Shown here: piece after piece, positions 36,739-47,030 of the stretch
How positions within the stretch are numbered: the first letter of the stretch is position 1
How the letters are laid out: every line of letters starts with the position of its first letter
DNA from: Deltaproteobacteria bacterium
GTDB lineage: Bacteria > Myxococcota_A > UBA9160 > SZUA-336
DNA: 63,511 nucleotides
Direction: 5' to 3'
Assembly: GCA_019311115.1 (NCBI GenBank)
Contig: JAFDDB010000005.1
Location: forward strand, 1 to 63,511
Translations under genes and position numbers: made by a program
Notes under the pieces: generated by a model
Databases searched by the model: none
What the model saw: only the letters and a program-made list of their open reading frames with translations
Told to the model about the DNA's origin: nothing

Positions 36739-39063
36739 ATGACGGACGAACACCAGCCGGCCGCAGCCGGCGAAGCTGCGCGGTCGCTGCCGCGCTACGC
36801 GCCCTATGCGGCCCTCTTCGCGCTGGCGCTCGCGGTGCGTGCGATCTACCTGCTCGAGTGGACGGGCTCGCCACTCTGGGACGTGCTGCTCGGCGACGGC
36901 CAGGGCTACGATGCGTGGGCCCGGTCGATCGCGGGCGGCGACTGGCTCGGGGACGAGGCCTTCTACCAGGCTCCGTTCTACCCCTACCTGGTGGGGATCC
37001 TGTACTCCATCACCGGTCCCTCGCCCGGCGCGCTGCGCGTACTGCAGATCATGCTCGGCTCCGCGGCTTGCGTCGGCATTGTCCTCGTCGGCCGCCGCTT
37101 CTTCTCGGAGCGCGTCGGCTGGTGTGCGGGCGTCGGCCTGGCGCTCTACGCGCCGGCCATCTACTACGAGGGCCTCGTGCAGAAACCCGCCCTCGGCGGC
37201 GCGTTGATGGTGTCGTCGCTGCTGCTGCTCGCAGAGTTCGAAGCGCGTCGGCGCATCGCCTGGATCGCCGGCGCTGGCCTGGTGCTGGCGGCGTATGCGC
37301 TGACGCGCGAGAACGCGCTGCTCCTGCTGCCGGTGGTGGCGGTCTGGCTTGCACTGCGGTTCCCGGACGAGCCCGTCGCGGTGCGTGGCCGCTGGGTGGG
37401 TGCGCTCGTGCTCGGCGCGGCGCTGCTGCTCGCGCCGGTGGGGCTGCGCAACCTGGCGGTGGGGGGTGGCCTGCAGCTGACCACCTCGCAGCTCGGGCCG
37501 AACCTGTACATCGGGAACAGCGAGGCGGCGACGGGCCGTTACGTGCCCCTGCGGCCGGGCCGTGGAAGCTGGCGCTACGAGCGGATCGACGCCACGCAGA
37601 TCGCCGAGGCCGACAGCGGCCGGGCGCTGAGCGCCGGCGAGGTGTCGAGCTACTGGACCGGCCGCGCGCTCGCCTGGATCTCGGCCGAGCCCGGCGCCTG
37701 GCTGGCGTTGATGTTCAGGAAGGGCTGGCTCGTGTGGCGCGCGCCCGAGCTGATCGACACCGACGCGATCGGCATGTACGCGGACCAGTCGTGGCTGCTG
37801 AGCGTGCTCGGCTGGCTGCTGCACTTTGGCGTGATCTTCCCGCTGGCCGCTCTCGGGGTCTGGCTGACGCGCCGCGAGCGCGGCCGGCTCTGGCTGCTCT
37901 GGGCGATCGGACTGGCCATGGCGGTCGGGCCGGTGGTCTTCTTCGTCAACGGTCGGTACCGCTACGCCCTCGTCCCCGTGGCAATCCTGTTCGCGGCGGC
38001 GGGCGCCGTCGAGGGCGTGCGGCTCCTGCGTGGACGCGAGTGGCGCGCCGCGGGAGTCGCCGCGGCGATCGTCGCGCTGGCCGCGGTGGTGTCGAACTGG
38101 CCGATGCGCCTCTACCCCGAGCCGCGCGCGGTCGGGTACTACAGCCTGGGGCTCGCTCTCAAGCAGCACGCTCGCCTCGACGACGCGTTCGACGCGCTGC
38201 AGACCGCCGAGGAGATGTGGCCGACGTCGCCCGACGTGCAGCTGCAGATGGGCACCGTGCTCCTCTCCCTTCAGAAGCCGCTGGACGCGACCCCCCACTT
38301 CGAGCGGAGTCTCGCCCTGTCGCCCGGTCAGGCCGACGCGCGCGTGGGTCTTGGCCTGGCGCTCGGCGCGCGCGACGACTTCAGCGGCTCGATGGCGAAC
38401 TACGCACGCGCGATCGAGATCGACCCGAAACACGGCGACGCGAACAACAATTTCGCGAACGGCCTGGCGCGGCAGCAGCGCTGGGGCGAAGCGATCGAGC
38501 ACTATCGCATTGCGGCCGAGGCGATTCCCGATCGCGCCGAGGTCCACCTGAACCTGGGAAACGCGCTGCTGCAGTCCGGCCAGCCGACCGAGGCGCTGGC
38601 CGCGTACCGTCGCGCACAAGCCGTGAGTCCCGCGTTGCCCACCGCGCGCTATACCGAGGCGCTGGCGCTTGACTCGCTCGGGCGGCGGGGCGCGGCGGCC
38701 CAGATCTTCGCCGACCTGCTGCGGCAGCCCTCGGCGCCGCAGTGGACGTTCTCACCGGACGTCATGTCGCGGCTGGCGGACTACCTGGCCACCTGTCAGG
38801 AGCCCGGGCTGCGCAACCCCGAAGAGGCCCTGAAGCTGGCGGAGACGGCGCGCAGGCTGGACGCGCCCGAGTTCCAGACCATGGTCGCGCGGGCGGCTGC
38901 GCTCGCGGCTGGCGGCGAGTTCGAGGACGCGGTCACGGTTTCCGACGCCGCGCTGCGGCTGTCGGAGGGTGCGGCGGTCCATCCCGACCGCGTCGCGCTC
39001 GCGCGCGAGCGGCGCGAGGCGTACCAGAACGGGCGGGCGGTCTACCAGGAGTGCGCGCCCTAG
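36739..39063 (+). CDS. GT-C (PMT/ArnT-like) membrane glycosyltransferase with C-terminal TPR repeats
   Basis: D...YDAWA, FYQAPFYPY, multiple TM segments, RYR, then TPR repeats (NLGNAL). Start re-assigned after GGAGG. Confidence 0.85.
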   Translation: MTDEHQPAAAGEAARSLPRYAPYAALFALALAVRAIYLLEWTGSPLWDVLLGDGQGYDAWARSIAGGDWLGDEAFYQAPFYPYLVGILYSITGPSPGALRVLQIMLGSAACVGIVLVGRRFFSERVGWCAGVGLALYAPAIYYEGLVQKPALGGALMVSSLLLLAEFEARRRIAWIAGAGLVLAAYALTRENALLLLPVVAVWLALRFPDEPVAVRGRWVGALVLGAALLLAPVGLRNLAVGGGLQLTTSQLGPNLYIGNSEAATGRYVPLRPGRGSWRYERIDATQIAEADSGRALSAGEVSSYWTGRALAWISAEPGAWLALMFRKGWLVWRAPELIDTDAIGMYADQSWLLSVLGWLLHFGVIFPLAALGVWLTRRERGRLWLLWAIGLAMAVGPVVFFVNGRYRYALVPVAILFAAAGAVEGVRLLRGREWRAAGVAAAIVALAAVVSNWPMRLYPEPRAVGYYSLGLALKQHARLDDAFDALQTAEEMWPTSPDVQLQMGTVLLSLQKPLDATPHFERSLALSPGQADARVGLGLALGARDDFSGSMANYARAIEIDPKHGDANNNFANGLARQQRWGEAIEHYRIAAEAIPDRAEVHLNLGNALLQSGQPTEALAAYRRAQAVSPALPTARYTEALALDSLGRRGAAAQIFADLLRQPSAPQWTFSPDVMSRLADYLATCQEPGLRNPEEALKLAETARRLDAPEFQTMVARAAALAAGGEFEDAVTVSDAALRLSEGAAVHPDRVALARERREAYQNGRAVYQECAP

Positions 39064-39104
39064 CCAGGTCGCAGCGTCCACGTCTCGGCGCCCAGAAGGG
39101 GGCT

Positions 39105-40514
39105 ATGCTCCCGGAGTTGTCCTCGACCGACCCCGCCCCGAGCCGAGCGCTGCCCCCCGTGACCCGAGCCGCGGAGCCCGCCCGCGTCGAGTGGCGCGTG
39201 CTCGGTGCGTACGCCGCCCCGACGCTGGGGCTGGCGTCCCCGCTCTTCTTCGTCCAGTTCTTCTTCCTCAAGTACGCGACCGACGTGCTGCTGATGGCGC
39301 CCGCGGCGGTGGCCCTGATCTTCGGCTTGAGCCGGCTGTGGGACGCCGTCACCGATCCAGTCGTCGGTGTGTGGAGCGACGCCACGCGCTCGCGCCTCGG
39401 ACGTCGCCGACCCTGGATGCTGGCGGGGACTCCGGTCGTGCTGGTCGGCTTCGTCATGATCTGGGTCGCCCCGCGCGGCCTCGGAGAAGTCGGCCTCGGG
39501 CTCTGGGTCGGCGCTGCGCTGGTCGCGTTCTTCACGGGCTTCACGGCGTGGATCGTCCCGCACATGTCGCTCGGAGCCGAGCTCAGCGACGGCCATCACG
39601 ACCGCAGCCGCATCTTCGGCACGCGCCAGGTCTTCTTCATGCTGGGCATGTTCGTGGCGTTCGGGCTCATCGGCTACGTGACGAACAGCGCCGACCAGCG
39701 CGTGGCCGCCGCGCGCGCCGCGATCATCGTCGCCGTGGTGTGCGCCGGGGTGCTGCTGGTTCCGCCGCTCGTCCTGCGCGAGCGTCCGGAGTACCAGGGA
39801 CGCGGCGCGGAGCGCCCGTTTCGCGCCATCGCCGACGTGTTCCGCAACCCGCACGCCCGCATCGTGCTCTTCGTGCAGTTCATCGACAGCCTGGCTGCCG
39901 GGATCCTGGGCGTGATCGCACCGTACTTTGCCGAGTACGTGTTGAAGCGGCCCGACCTGATCGCCCTGCTTCCCGCGTGCTTCGTCGTCTCGAGCGTCGC
40001 TTCGGTGCCGGTCTGGGTGATGATCTCGCACCGGCTGGGAAAGAAGAACACCTGGCTGCTGTCGATGGTGATGACGGGACTGGCCTTCGGCTCGCAGATT
40101 TTCGTTGGCGAGAACGACGTGCTCCTGGCGTCGCTCATCCTTGTGGCGGCGGGCGTCTCCTTCGGCGCGGGGGGCGTGCTCGGGCCGTCCATCCTGGCCG
40201 ACGTCATCGACTGGGACGAGCTCCAGACCGGGGAGCGAAAGGAGGGCGCCTACTCGGCGGGCTGGGGCTTCTCGTTCAAGGCGGGCGCGGCCGCCATCGT
40301 GGTATTTGCCGGGGCGGTGCTGCAGGCGACGGGCTTCGAACCCAACGTGGACCAGGCGCCGCCTGCGCACATGGCGATCCGCCTGCTCAACTCGGCGCTG
40401 CCGTTCGGGGTGTTCCTGCTCGGCGCGCTGGTGTTCACGCGCTTCCGGTTCGACTCCGCGGAGCACGCGCGCGTTCGCGCCGCGCTTGCGGAGCGTCGCG
40501 AAGACAGGCCTTGA
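39105..40514 (+). CDS. MFS transporter, GPH/MelB family
   Basis: DAVTDPVVGVWSD..RSRLGRRRPW, PHMSLGAELS and GERKEGAY motifs. Start uncertain (alternative TTG at 39117). Confidence 0.9.
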   Translation: MLPELSSTDPAPSRALPPVTRAAEPARVEWRVLGAYAAPTLGLASPLFFVQFFFLKYATDVLLMAPAAVALIFGLSRLWDAVTDPVVGVWSDATRSRLGRRRPWMLAGTPVVLVGFVMIWVAPRGLGEVGLGLWVGAALVAFFTGFTAWIVPHMSLGAELSDGHHDRSRIFGTRQVFFMLGMFVAFGLIGYVTNSADQRVAAARAAIIVAVVCAGVLLVPPLVLRERPEYQGRGAERPFRAIADVFRNPHARIVLFVQFIDSLAAGILGVIAPYFAEYVLKRPDLIALLPACFVVSSVASVPVWVMISHRLGKKNTWLLSMVMTGLAFGSQIFVGENDVLLASLILVAAGVSFGAGGVLGPSILADVIDWDELQTGERKEGAYSAGWGFSFKAGAAAIVVFAGAVLQATGFEPNVDQAPPAHMAIRLLNSALPFGVFLLGALVFTRFRFDSAEHARVRAALAERREDRP

Positions 40515-40530
40515 AGCTCGCTACCTCGAC

Positions 40531-41607
40531 CTAGAGTCGGTCTCCGACCGCCGCGCAGAAGTCGGTGGTGTGCGACGTCCCGCCCTGGTCGGGCGTCAGC
40601 TGCTTGCCCTCGGCGTAGACCTGCTCGACCGCGGTCTCGATGCGCGCGGACTCCTCGGTGAAGCCCAGGTGCTCGAGCATCATGGCCGCCGACAGGATCG
40701 TGGCGGTCGGGTTGATGATGTTTCGCCCCGCGATGTCGGGAGCCGTGCCGTGCGCCGACTCGAAGTAGGCGTAGTCGTCGCCGTAGCAGCCGCTCGCCGC
40801 CAGGCCCAGTCCGCCCACGATTCCGGCCGCCAGGTCCGACAGGATGTCGCCGTACAGGTTCGGCAGCACGACCACGTCGAGCTCCTGCGTACGGGTGACC
40901 ATGCGCTGCGCGAAGTCGTCGACGATGTACACGTCGAGGTCGATGTCGGGGTACTCGGGAGCCAGCCGCTCCGCGGTCTGGCGGAACAGGCCGTCGCTCA
41001 CCGGCAGCATGTTGTACTTGGACGAGCAGGTCAGGTGTCCGCGCCCGCCCGCCGCCTTGCGCTTGCGCGCCAGCTCGAACGCGAAGCGGATCACCCGCTC
41101 GGAGCCTGCCTCGGTGATCAGCTTGAGCGCGTACTTGCCCGGTCCCAGCTCGCGGAGCGGCCGCCGCGCGGTGCGGCTCTGTAGATCGAGCGAGTCGAGG
41201 TCCGACGAGTCGCCCTCGATGCCCAGGTACAGGTCCTCGAGGTTCTCGCGCACCACCACCAGGTCGATGCCGCGCGGATCCGCCAGTGGGCTCTTGCAGC
41301 CGGGCATCCAGCGCGCGGGGCGCACGTTGGCGTACGTTCCCTTTCCCCAGCGCAGGTACATGAGCGCGGGCGCACTCTTGCCGCTCGTGCTGCCGAACAG
41401 CGTCGTGTCCGCCTCGTCGATGACGCGCCGCGCCTCGTCGGGAAACAGCGAGCCGTGCGCCTCGAGGCCGGCGTCGCCCACCTTGGGCCAGACCCACTCG
41501 ATGTCGAGCGGCAGGCGCGAGAGCAGCTCGAGCGTGGGCCGCATGGCCTCGGGGGCGGCGTCCTCCCCTTCGATGACCGCGACCCGTCGCGTTGCGCCGG
41601 GGGCCAC
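40531..41607 (-). CDS. isocitrate/isopropylmalate dehydrogenase family protein
   Basis: YANVRP, VRENLEDLY, NLYGDILSDL and FESAHGTAPDIAG motifs. Confidence 0.93.
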   Translation of the reverse strand: MAPGATRRVAVIEGEDAAPEAMRPTLELLSRLPLDIEWVWPKVGDAGLEAHGSLFPDEARRVIDEADTTLFGSTSGKSAPALMYLRWGKGTYANVRPARWMPGCKSPLADPRGIDLVVVRENLEDLYLGIEGDSSDLDSLDLQSRTARRPLRELGPGKYALKLITEAGSERVIRFAFELARKRKAAGGRGHLTCSSKYNMLPVSDGLFRQTAERLAPEYPDIDLDVYIVDDFAQRMVTRTQELDVVVLPNLYGDILSDLAAGIVGGLGLAASGCYGDDYAYFESAHGTAPDIAGRNIINPTATILSAAMMLEHLGFTEESARIETAVEQVYAEGKQLTPDQGGTSHTTDFCAAVGDRL

Positions 41608-41609
41608 GC

Positions 41610-42701
41610 TCAGCTCGTCCCCTCGAACATGATCACCTGCCGCGCGACCTCGCCCGTCTTCAAGGCGTCCATCGCCTGGTTGATCTCCTCGAGCTTGATG
41701 CGCGACGAGATCAGCGCGTCGAGCTCCAGCTTGCCGTTCAGGTAGAACTCGACGAGCCGCGGCATGTCGATGCGGAAGCGGTTCGAGCCCATGGTCGAGC
41801 CCTGGAGCGTCTTCTCGCGCAGCATGTCGATGCCGGGGATCTCGATGTTCTGGCCGAGCGGGATCATGCCGATCACCGTCGCCACGCCGCCCGTGCGCAG
41901 CATCGCCCAGGCCTGTTCGGCGGTCTGTTTCAGGCCGATCGCCTCGAACGCGTAGTGCACTCCCCGCTTTTCGATCTGCTTGACCTGCTCGACCGGGTCG
42001 CCCTCGGATGCGTCGATCACGTCGGTCGCGCCGAAGCGGCGCGCAAGCTCGAGCTTGGACGCGAGCCGGTCGATGGCGATGATGCGTCCCGCACCCGCGA
42101 TCGCCGCGCCGTTGATCGCAGCGAGGCCGACGCCTCCGCAGCCGATCACGGCCACCGTCGTTCCCGGCTCGACCCGGGCGGTGCGGAGTGCCGCACCGGC
42201 TCCGGTCAGGACGCCGCAGCCGATCAGTGCGGCGCGGTCGAGCGGCATGTCTTCGCGGATCTTCACGATCGCGTTCTCGTGTACGAGCATCTTCTCGGCG
42301 AACGAGCTCAAGTTCGCGAACTGCTGCACCGGCTGGCCGTCCAGTGTCAGGCGCGGTGGCTCGTCGGGGCCGCGCTGCGTCACGCGGCCGCCGCAGCGGG
42401 CGGGGTGACCGGACAGGCAGTGCTCGCAGTAGCCGCAGAATACCGACAGGCAGGTGATCACGTGGTCACCGGGCTCCACGTAGTCGACGGCGCTTCCCAC
42501 CCGTTCGACGACGCCCGCGGATTCGTGGCCGAGCACGGCGGGCGCGGCCATAGGGTACGTCCCCTCCACGAAGTGCAGGTCGCTGTGGCAGATGCCCGCG
42601 CAAGCCGTGCGCACGACGACCTCGCGGGGGCCCGGATCGCTGAGCTGGATATCCCCGATCTCGAGTGGCTGGTTCGGTCCCCTGAAAATCGCGGCCTTCA
42701 T
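41610..42701 (-). CDS. Zn-dependent alcohol dehydrogenase (class III-like MDR)
   Basis: GICHSD, GHES, CGYCEHC...C and GCGGVG motifs. Start re-assigned to MKAAIF. Confidence 0.95.
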   Translation of the reverse strand: MKAAIFRGPNQPLEIGDIQLSDPGPREVVVRTACAGICHSDLHFVEGTYPMAAPAVLGHESAGVVERVGSAVDYVEPGDHVITCLSVFCGYCEHCLSGHPARCGGRVTQRGPDEPPRLTLDGQPVQQFANLSSFAEKMLVHENAIVKIREDMPLDRAALIGCGVLTGAGAALRTARVEPGTTVAVIGCGGVGLAAINGAAIAGAGRIIAIDRLASKLELARRFGATDVIDASEGDPVEQVKQIEKRGVHYAFEAIGLKQTAEQAWAMLRTGGVATVIGMIPLGQNIEIPGIDMLREKTLQGSTMGSNRFRIDMPRLVEFYLNGKLELDALISSRIKLEEINQAMDALKTGEVARQVIMFEGTS

Positions 42702-42825
42702 GGCGTTCCCCTCCGAGAGTCCGGCGTGCGGACGTCGAGCCTGAACCGTCGCGGGATCCGTGACAAGCGGGTCCTGCGCGCTTTCACCCTGCCGATCGAC
42801 TACAGTCGGCTCGAGGGGGCGGGGA

Positions 42826-44319
42826 GTGCGAGTGCTGGTGGTGCCCGGCGAGGTCACCGAGCTCGAGGCCGTCGAGGAGTGGGCGGAGCTCGGACGGTCG
42901 AGCCACGCGCTGTCGCAGCTGCGAGCGGTGTCGCACGCGCGTGCACCCTACGCGCTGCGCGCCAGCTCCTGGGACGTGGTGCTCTGCGACCTGGCCAGTG
43001 GAGAGGAGCGGGTATTCGACCTGGCTCGCGGGGCGCGGAGTCGCGGACTCGACGTTCCCTTCGTACTGATCGAGCCGCCGGCCGGCTGCGCGTCTCCGGG
43101 ACGGGTGCGGGCGCTGGGCGGTGTGCACCTGATCGAGCGCGCGCGGCTCTCGCCGAGCCGGCTGGCGCGAGCCCTCGACGCCGCGGTCGCACCCCCGGAG
43201 ACGCCGCGTGCTCGACGAGCCGTCCCCCGTCCCCGGGCAGCCGTCCCGCGTCCTCCAGAAGCGGAGGTGGCGGCGGGCGGCGTCGCGGCGTCGCGGCGCA
43301 ACGCCGACCACGTGCCCGCCATGCTGTTCCGCACGGACGACCAGGGTGCCTTTACGCACTTCAGCCGCGAGTGGACGCGCTTTACCGGGCGCGACGAGAG
43401 CCGCGAGCGCGGCGGGGGCTGGCTCGAGGTCGTGCACCCCGGCGACCGTCCGCGCTTCAGCGACGCCTTCGACCGCGCGCTCTCCGAGGGCTCGCCGTTC
43501 GAGGTGGACCTGCGCGTGCGCCGCGCCGGCGCCGAGTACCGCTGGCTGCGCGTGCGCGGAGTTCCGAGGCGCGAGGCGTCCCGGTTCACGGGCTTCGTCG
43601 GCTCGGCGTTCGACGTGACCGACCTGGTCAAGCGGGCCTCCGAGGCGGCGCGGCTCGAGGACGACAACCAGGACCTGCGCCAGTTCACGTACGCGGTCGC
43701 GCACGACCTGCAGGAACCCCTGCGCGCGCTCGGGTCGTGGCTGCGCGAGGCGGTTGACGTGGCTCCGGGCGAGTCGATCGAGCCCATCGGCCGCGCGCTC
43801 GACAGCCTGGAGCAGACGCAGCACATGCTGCGCGACCTGCTCGAGTGCGCGGCGGTCGGCAGCAGCGGCGAGACGTTCGAAGAGATCGACCTGGCCGAGC
43901 CGCTCGAGTGGGCCCTGTCCAACCTGCGCGCGCTGGTTCGGGAAACGGGCGCCGCGATCGAGATCGGCGCGCTCGCTCGCGCGCGCTGCGATCCGCCGCA
44001 GATAGCGCGCGTGTTCCAGAACCTGGTCGGGAACGCTCTCAAGTTCCACGGAGCGGAGCCCCCGCGCGTGCATGTCTCTGCCGTGGCGAGTGGGGGCGCC
44101 GTCCGTGTCTCGGTGCGCGACGAGGGAATCGGGATCGGTCCCGAGCACCACGCGGCGATCTTCGAGATCTTCCAGCGCGCGCCGGGCGCCGAAGCCCCGG
44201 GGTCGGGCGTGGGTCTCGCACTCTGCAAGCGCATCGTCGAGCGTCACCGCGGGTCGCTGCAGGTCGTCTCCGCGCCGGGTGACGGGGCGTGCTTCACGTT
44301 CACCCTGCCCGCGCCGTGA
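42826..44319 (+). CDS. PAS sensor histidine kinase with degenerate N-terminal receiver-like domain
   Basis: PAS (VHPGD, YRW), H-box AHDLQEPLR, NLVGNALKF, DEGIGI and GSGVGL motifs. Confidence 0.9.
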   Translation: MRVLVVPGEVTELEAVEEWAELGRSSHALSQLRAVSHARAPYALRASSWDVVLCDLASGEERVFDLARGARSRGLDVPFVLIEPPAGCASPGRVRALGGVHLIERARLSPSRLARALDAAVAPPETPRARRAVPRPRAAVPRPPEAEVAAGGVAASRRNADHVPAMLFRTDDQGAFTHFSREWTRFTGRDESRERGGGWLEVVHPGDRPRFSDAFDRALSEGSPFEVDLRVRRAGAEYRWLRVRGVPRREASRFTGFVGSAFDVTDLVKRASEAARLEDDNQDLRQFTYAVAHDLQEPLRALGSWLREAVDVAPGESIEPIGRALDSLEQTQHMLRDLLECAAVGSSGETFEEIDLAEPLEWALSNLRALVRETGAAIEIGALARARCDPPQIARVFQNLVGNALKFHGAEPPRVHVSAVASGGAVRVSVRDEGIGIGPEHHAAIFEIFQRAPGAEAPGSGVGLALCKRIVERHRGSLQVVSAPGDGACFTFTLPAP

Positions 44320-44366
44320 GCCGACTTGCCCCCCGTCGGCCGGCGCGCGGGCTAGAATGCCGCGCC

Positions 44367-45680
44367 ATGTCCCTGCATCTTCGACTTCCGCTGCTACTCG
44401 TCGCACTGACCGCGTGCACGATTCCCGGCGCCGTGCCCGCGCCCGAGGCGGAGCTTCCGGCCCGGCCGGCGACCGTCTACCGGGGCGCAACGGTCATGAC
44501 GGCCGCAGGCCCGACGCTCGAGAGCGCGGACGTGCTGGTCGTGGGCTCCGAGATCGCGGGTGTGGGCAGCGACCTCGACGTTCCCGAGGGAGCCGTGGTG
44601 GTGGACGCGAAGGGCCGCTGGATCACCCCCGGGCTCATCGACGTGCACTCGCACATGGGCGTGTACAGCGTGCCCGGCGTGCGCGCGCACGCCGACGGCA
44701 ACGAGGCGACGTCGCCCTTCCGGCCCGAAGTACGGGCGGCCGAGAGCTTCTGGCCACAGGACCCCGCGCTGCGCCGTGCGGTCGCGGGAGGCATCACCAC
44801 CATCCACGTACTGCCGGGCTCGGCCAACCTGGTGGGCGGCCAGGGGGTGACGATGCGCCTGGTGCCCGCGCTCTCCGCCAGCGCCATGCGCTTCGAAGCC
44901 GCCCCCGTCACCATGAAGATGGCGTGCGGCGAGAATCCGAAGCGCGTCTATGGGACGCGCCGCAAGACTGCCCCGTCCACGCGCATGGGCGAGGTCGCGA
45001 TGCTGCGCCAGCGGCTCGAGAACGCGAGCCACTACTCGCCCGAGAAAGACAAGCCGATCGACTACGGCAAGCAGGCGATGCGCAAGGTGGTCGACGGCGA
45101 AATCCTGATCCAGAACCACTGCTACCGCGCCGACGAGATGCTGCTGCGGCTCGAACTCTTCTCCGAGTTCGGCATCACGCCGCGCGCATTCCACCACGCG
45201 ATCGAGGCCTACAAGATCCGTGACGACCTGGTCGAGGCGGGAGTGGGCGCCGCCGTCTGGGTCGATTGGTGGGGAGCCAAGATGGAAATGCTCGACGCCG
45301 TACCCGAGAACGCGGCGCTGCTGGACGAGGCCGGCGTGCGCGTGGCGTTGCACTCCGACTCGCCCTACGACATCCAGCGCATGAACCAGCAGGCCGCTAA
45401 GGCGCTCGCCGCCGGCAAGCGCGCGGGCCTGCGCGTCGATCGCGAGCGAGCGATCCGCTGGATCACGGCGAACCCGGCCTGGCTGCTCGGAATCGAGGAG
45501 CGAACCGGCACGCTCGAGCCCGGACGCGACGCCGACCTGGTCATCTGGTCGGCCGATCCCTTCAGTGTGTACGCGCGTGCCGAGGTCGTGGTGATCCAGG
45601 GGCAGCGCGTCTACGACCGCGACCATCCTGAACTCTTCCCGCCGTCGGACTTCGATCTGGGGATCGGGGCCCAGCCGTGA
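44367..45680 (+). CDS. amidohydrolase family lipoprotein
   Basis: LTAC lipobox; PGLIDVHSH, KMACGENPKR, NHCY, HSD and ANPA motifs. Confidence 0.9.
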   Translation: MSLHLRLPLLLVALTACTIPGAVPAPEAELPARPATVYRGATVMTAAGPTLESADVLVVGSEIAGVGSDLDVPEGAVVVDAKGRWITPGLIDVHSHMGVYSVPGVRAHADGNEATSPFRPEVRAAESFWPQDPALRRAVAGGITTIHVLPGSANLVGGQGVTMRLVPALSASAMRFEAAPVTMKMACGENPKRVYGTRRKTAPSTRMGEVAMLRQRLENASHYSPEKDKPIDYGKQAMRKVVDGEILIQNHCYRADEMLLRLELFSEFGITPRAFHHAIEAYKIRDDLVEAGVGAAVWVDWWGAKMEMLDAVPENAALLDEAGVRVALHSDSPYDIQRMNQQAAKALAAGKRAGLRVDRERAIRWITANPAWLLGIEERTGTLEPGRDADLVIWSADPFSVYARAEVVVIQGQRVYDRDHPELFPPSDFDLGIGAQP

Positions 45681-46855
45681 AGGGCGTGCTCGCCGCGATC
45701 GTGCTCAAGGGCGCGTCCGTGTTTACCGGCGAGGGCGCGCTGGTCGAGAACGCCACCATCGTGATCGACGGCAATCGCATCTCCGCCGTCGGTACCGAGG
45801 TGCGGATCCCCGAGGGCGCGCGCGTGATCGACGCGAAGGGGGCCGTCGTGACGCCGGGCCTGGTCGACGCGGTCTCCCGGCTCGGAGTCCAGGACGTGAG
45901 TCTCGAGGCCTCGACCGTCGAGGGCACGTCCGGCCCCGAAGGCGGCCCCGTGCGCGCCAGCCTGCGCGTTGCCGACACCTACAATCCCGCGTCTTTCACG
46001 ATCCCCGTGGCCCGCGGCGGCGGCATCACGTCGGCCGTCGTCTCGCCCCGAGGCGGCGTCATCTCCGGCCAGTCGATCTGGGTCGACCTGGTCGCGAAGC
46101 AGCCGATCCGCGAGCGAGCGCTCGCCCTGCACGTGAGTGTGCAGGGCATCGGCGCAAAGCCCGGAGCGCGGTCGCGCGCCTTCCACGTGCTGCGCGAAGC
46201 GCTGGAGGACGCGCGCCTGTACCGGGCGAACCGCGGACCGTACATCACCCGCAAGCTCCGCGAGCTTTCCATCTCGGCCGCGGACCTGGGGGCGATCGAG
46301 CGTGCGCTCGATCGCGAGCTCAAGGTCGCCATCCACGTCGACCGCGCGTCCGACATCCGCGGCGTGCTGGCGCTGGTCAAGGAGCACCGCCTGGACGCCA
46401 TACTCGTCGGCGCTGCCGAGGGCTGGAAGGTGCGCGACGAGATCCGCCGCGCAGGCGTCCCCGTACTCGTCGACCCGCTCGCCAACCTGCCGGCCTCGTT
46501 CAACCGCCTGCAGGCCCGCGACGACAACGCCGCGCTCCTGCACGAGGCCGGCGTCCCCGTAGGCATCACCCTGCTCGGCGACGCCCACCGCGCCCACCGC
46601 CTGCGCTGGGCGGCCGGCAACGCGGTAGCCGACGGCCTCCCCTACGAAGCCGCCCTCGCCGCCATCACCCGCATCCCCGCCCAGGCCTTCGGCATCACCG
46701 ACGCCGGAGCAATCGCCCCAGGCGCCCTGGCCAACCTGGTCGTCTGGAACGGCGACCCCCTAGAAGTCACCACCTGGCCCACCCACCTCTTCATCAGAGG
46801 CGAGCAGATAGACCTACGCTCCCGCCAGGACCTCCTAACCGAACGCTACCGCTAG
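45677..46855 (+). CDS. amidohydrolase family protein lacking the HxH metal motif
   Basis: PGLVDAVSR in place of DxHxH; ANLVVWNGDPL; start overlaps the upstream stop. Confidence 0.88.
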   Translation: MKGVLAAIVLKGASVFTGEGALVENATIVIDGNRISAVGTEVRIPEGARVIDAKGAVVTPGLVDAVSRLGVQDVSLEASTVEGTSGPEGGPVRASLRVADTYNPASFTIPVARGGGITSAVVSPRGGVISGQSIWVDLVAKQPIRERALALHVSVQGIGAKPGARSRAFHVLREALEDARLYRANRGPYITRKLRELSISAADLGAIERALDRELKVAIHVDRASDIRGVLALVKEHRLDAILVGAAEGWKVRDEIRRAGVPVLVDPLANLPASFNRLQARDDNAALLHEAGVPVGITLLGDAHRAHRLRWAAGNAVADGLPYEAALAAITRIPAQAFGITDAGAIAPGALANLVVWNGDPLEVTTWPTHLFIRGEQIDLRSRQDLLTERYR

Positions 46856-46925
46856 TCCTCCCCATCCAGAACCCACCCGCGACAGCTCGACCGGGTGCCC
46901 CAAGGTGGAGTCGCGACACCGCGCA

Positions 46926-47022
46926 GGCGCCGGGAAGCGCCCCCCGCAGGCCGGCTGGGGGAGGCGCGCAAAGCGCGCCGACGGGCCCCCACTCCGGCCT
47001 GCGGGGGGCGCTTCCCGGCGCC
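46926..47022. repeat. perfect 29-bp inverted repeat with nested hairpins (REP/MITE-like) between convergent genes
   Basis: GGCGCCGGGAAGCGCCCCCCGCAGGCCGG (46926-46954) is the exact reverse complement of 46994-47022. Inner TGGGGG/CCCCCA and GGCGCGC-AAA-GCGCGCC stems. Confidence 0.85.
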
Positions 47023-47030
47023 CTCCTCGG

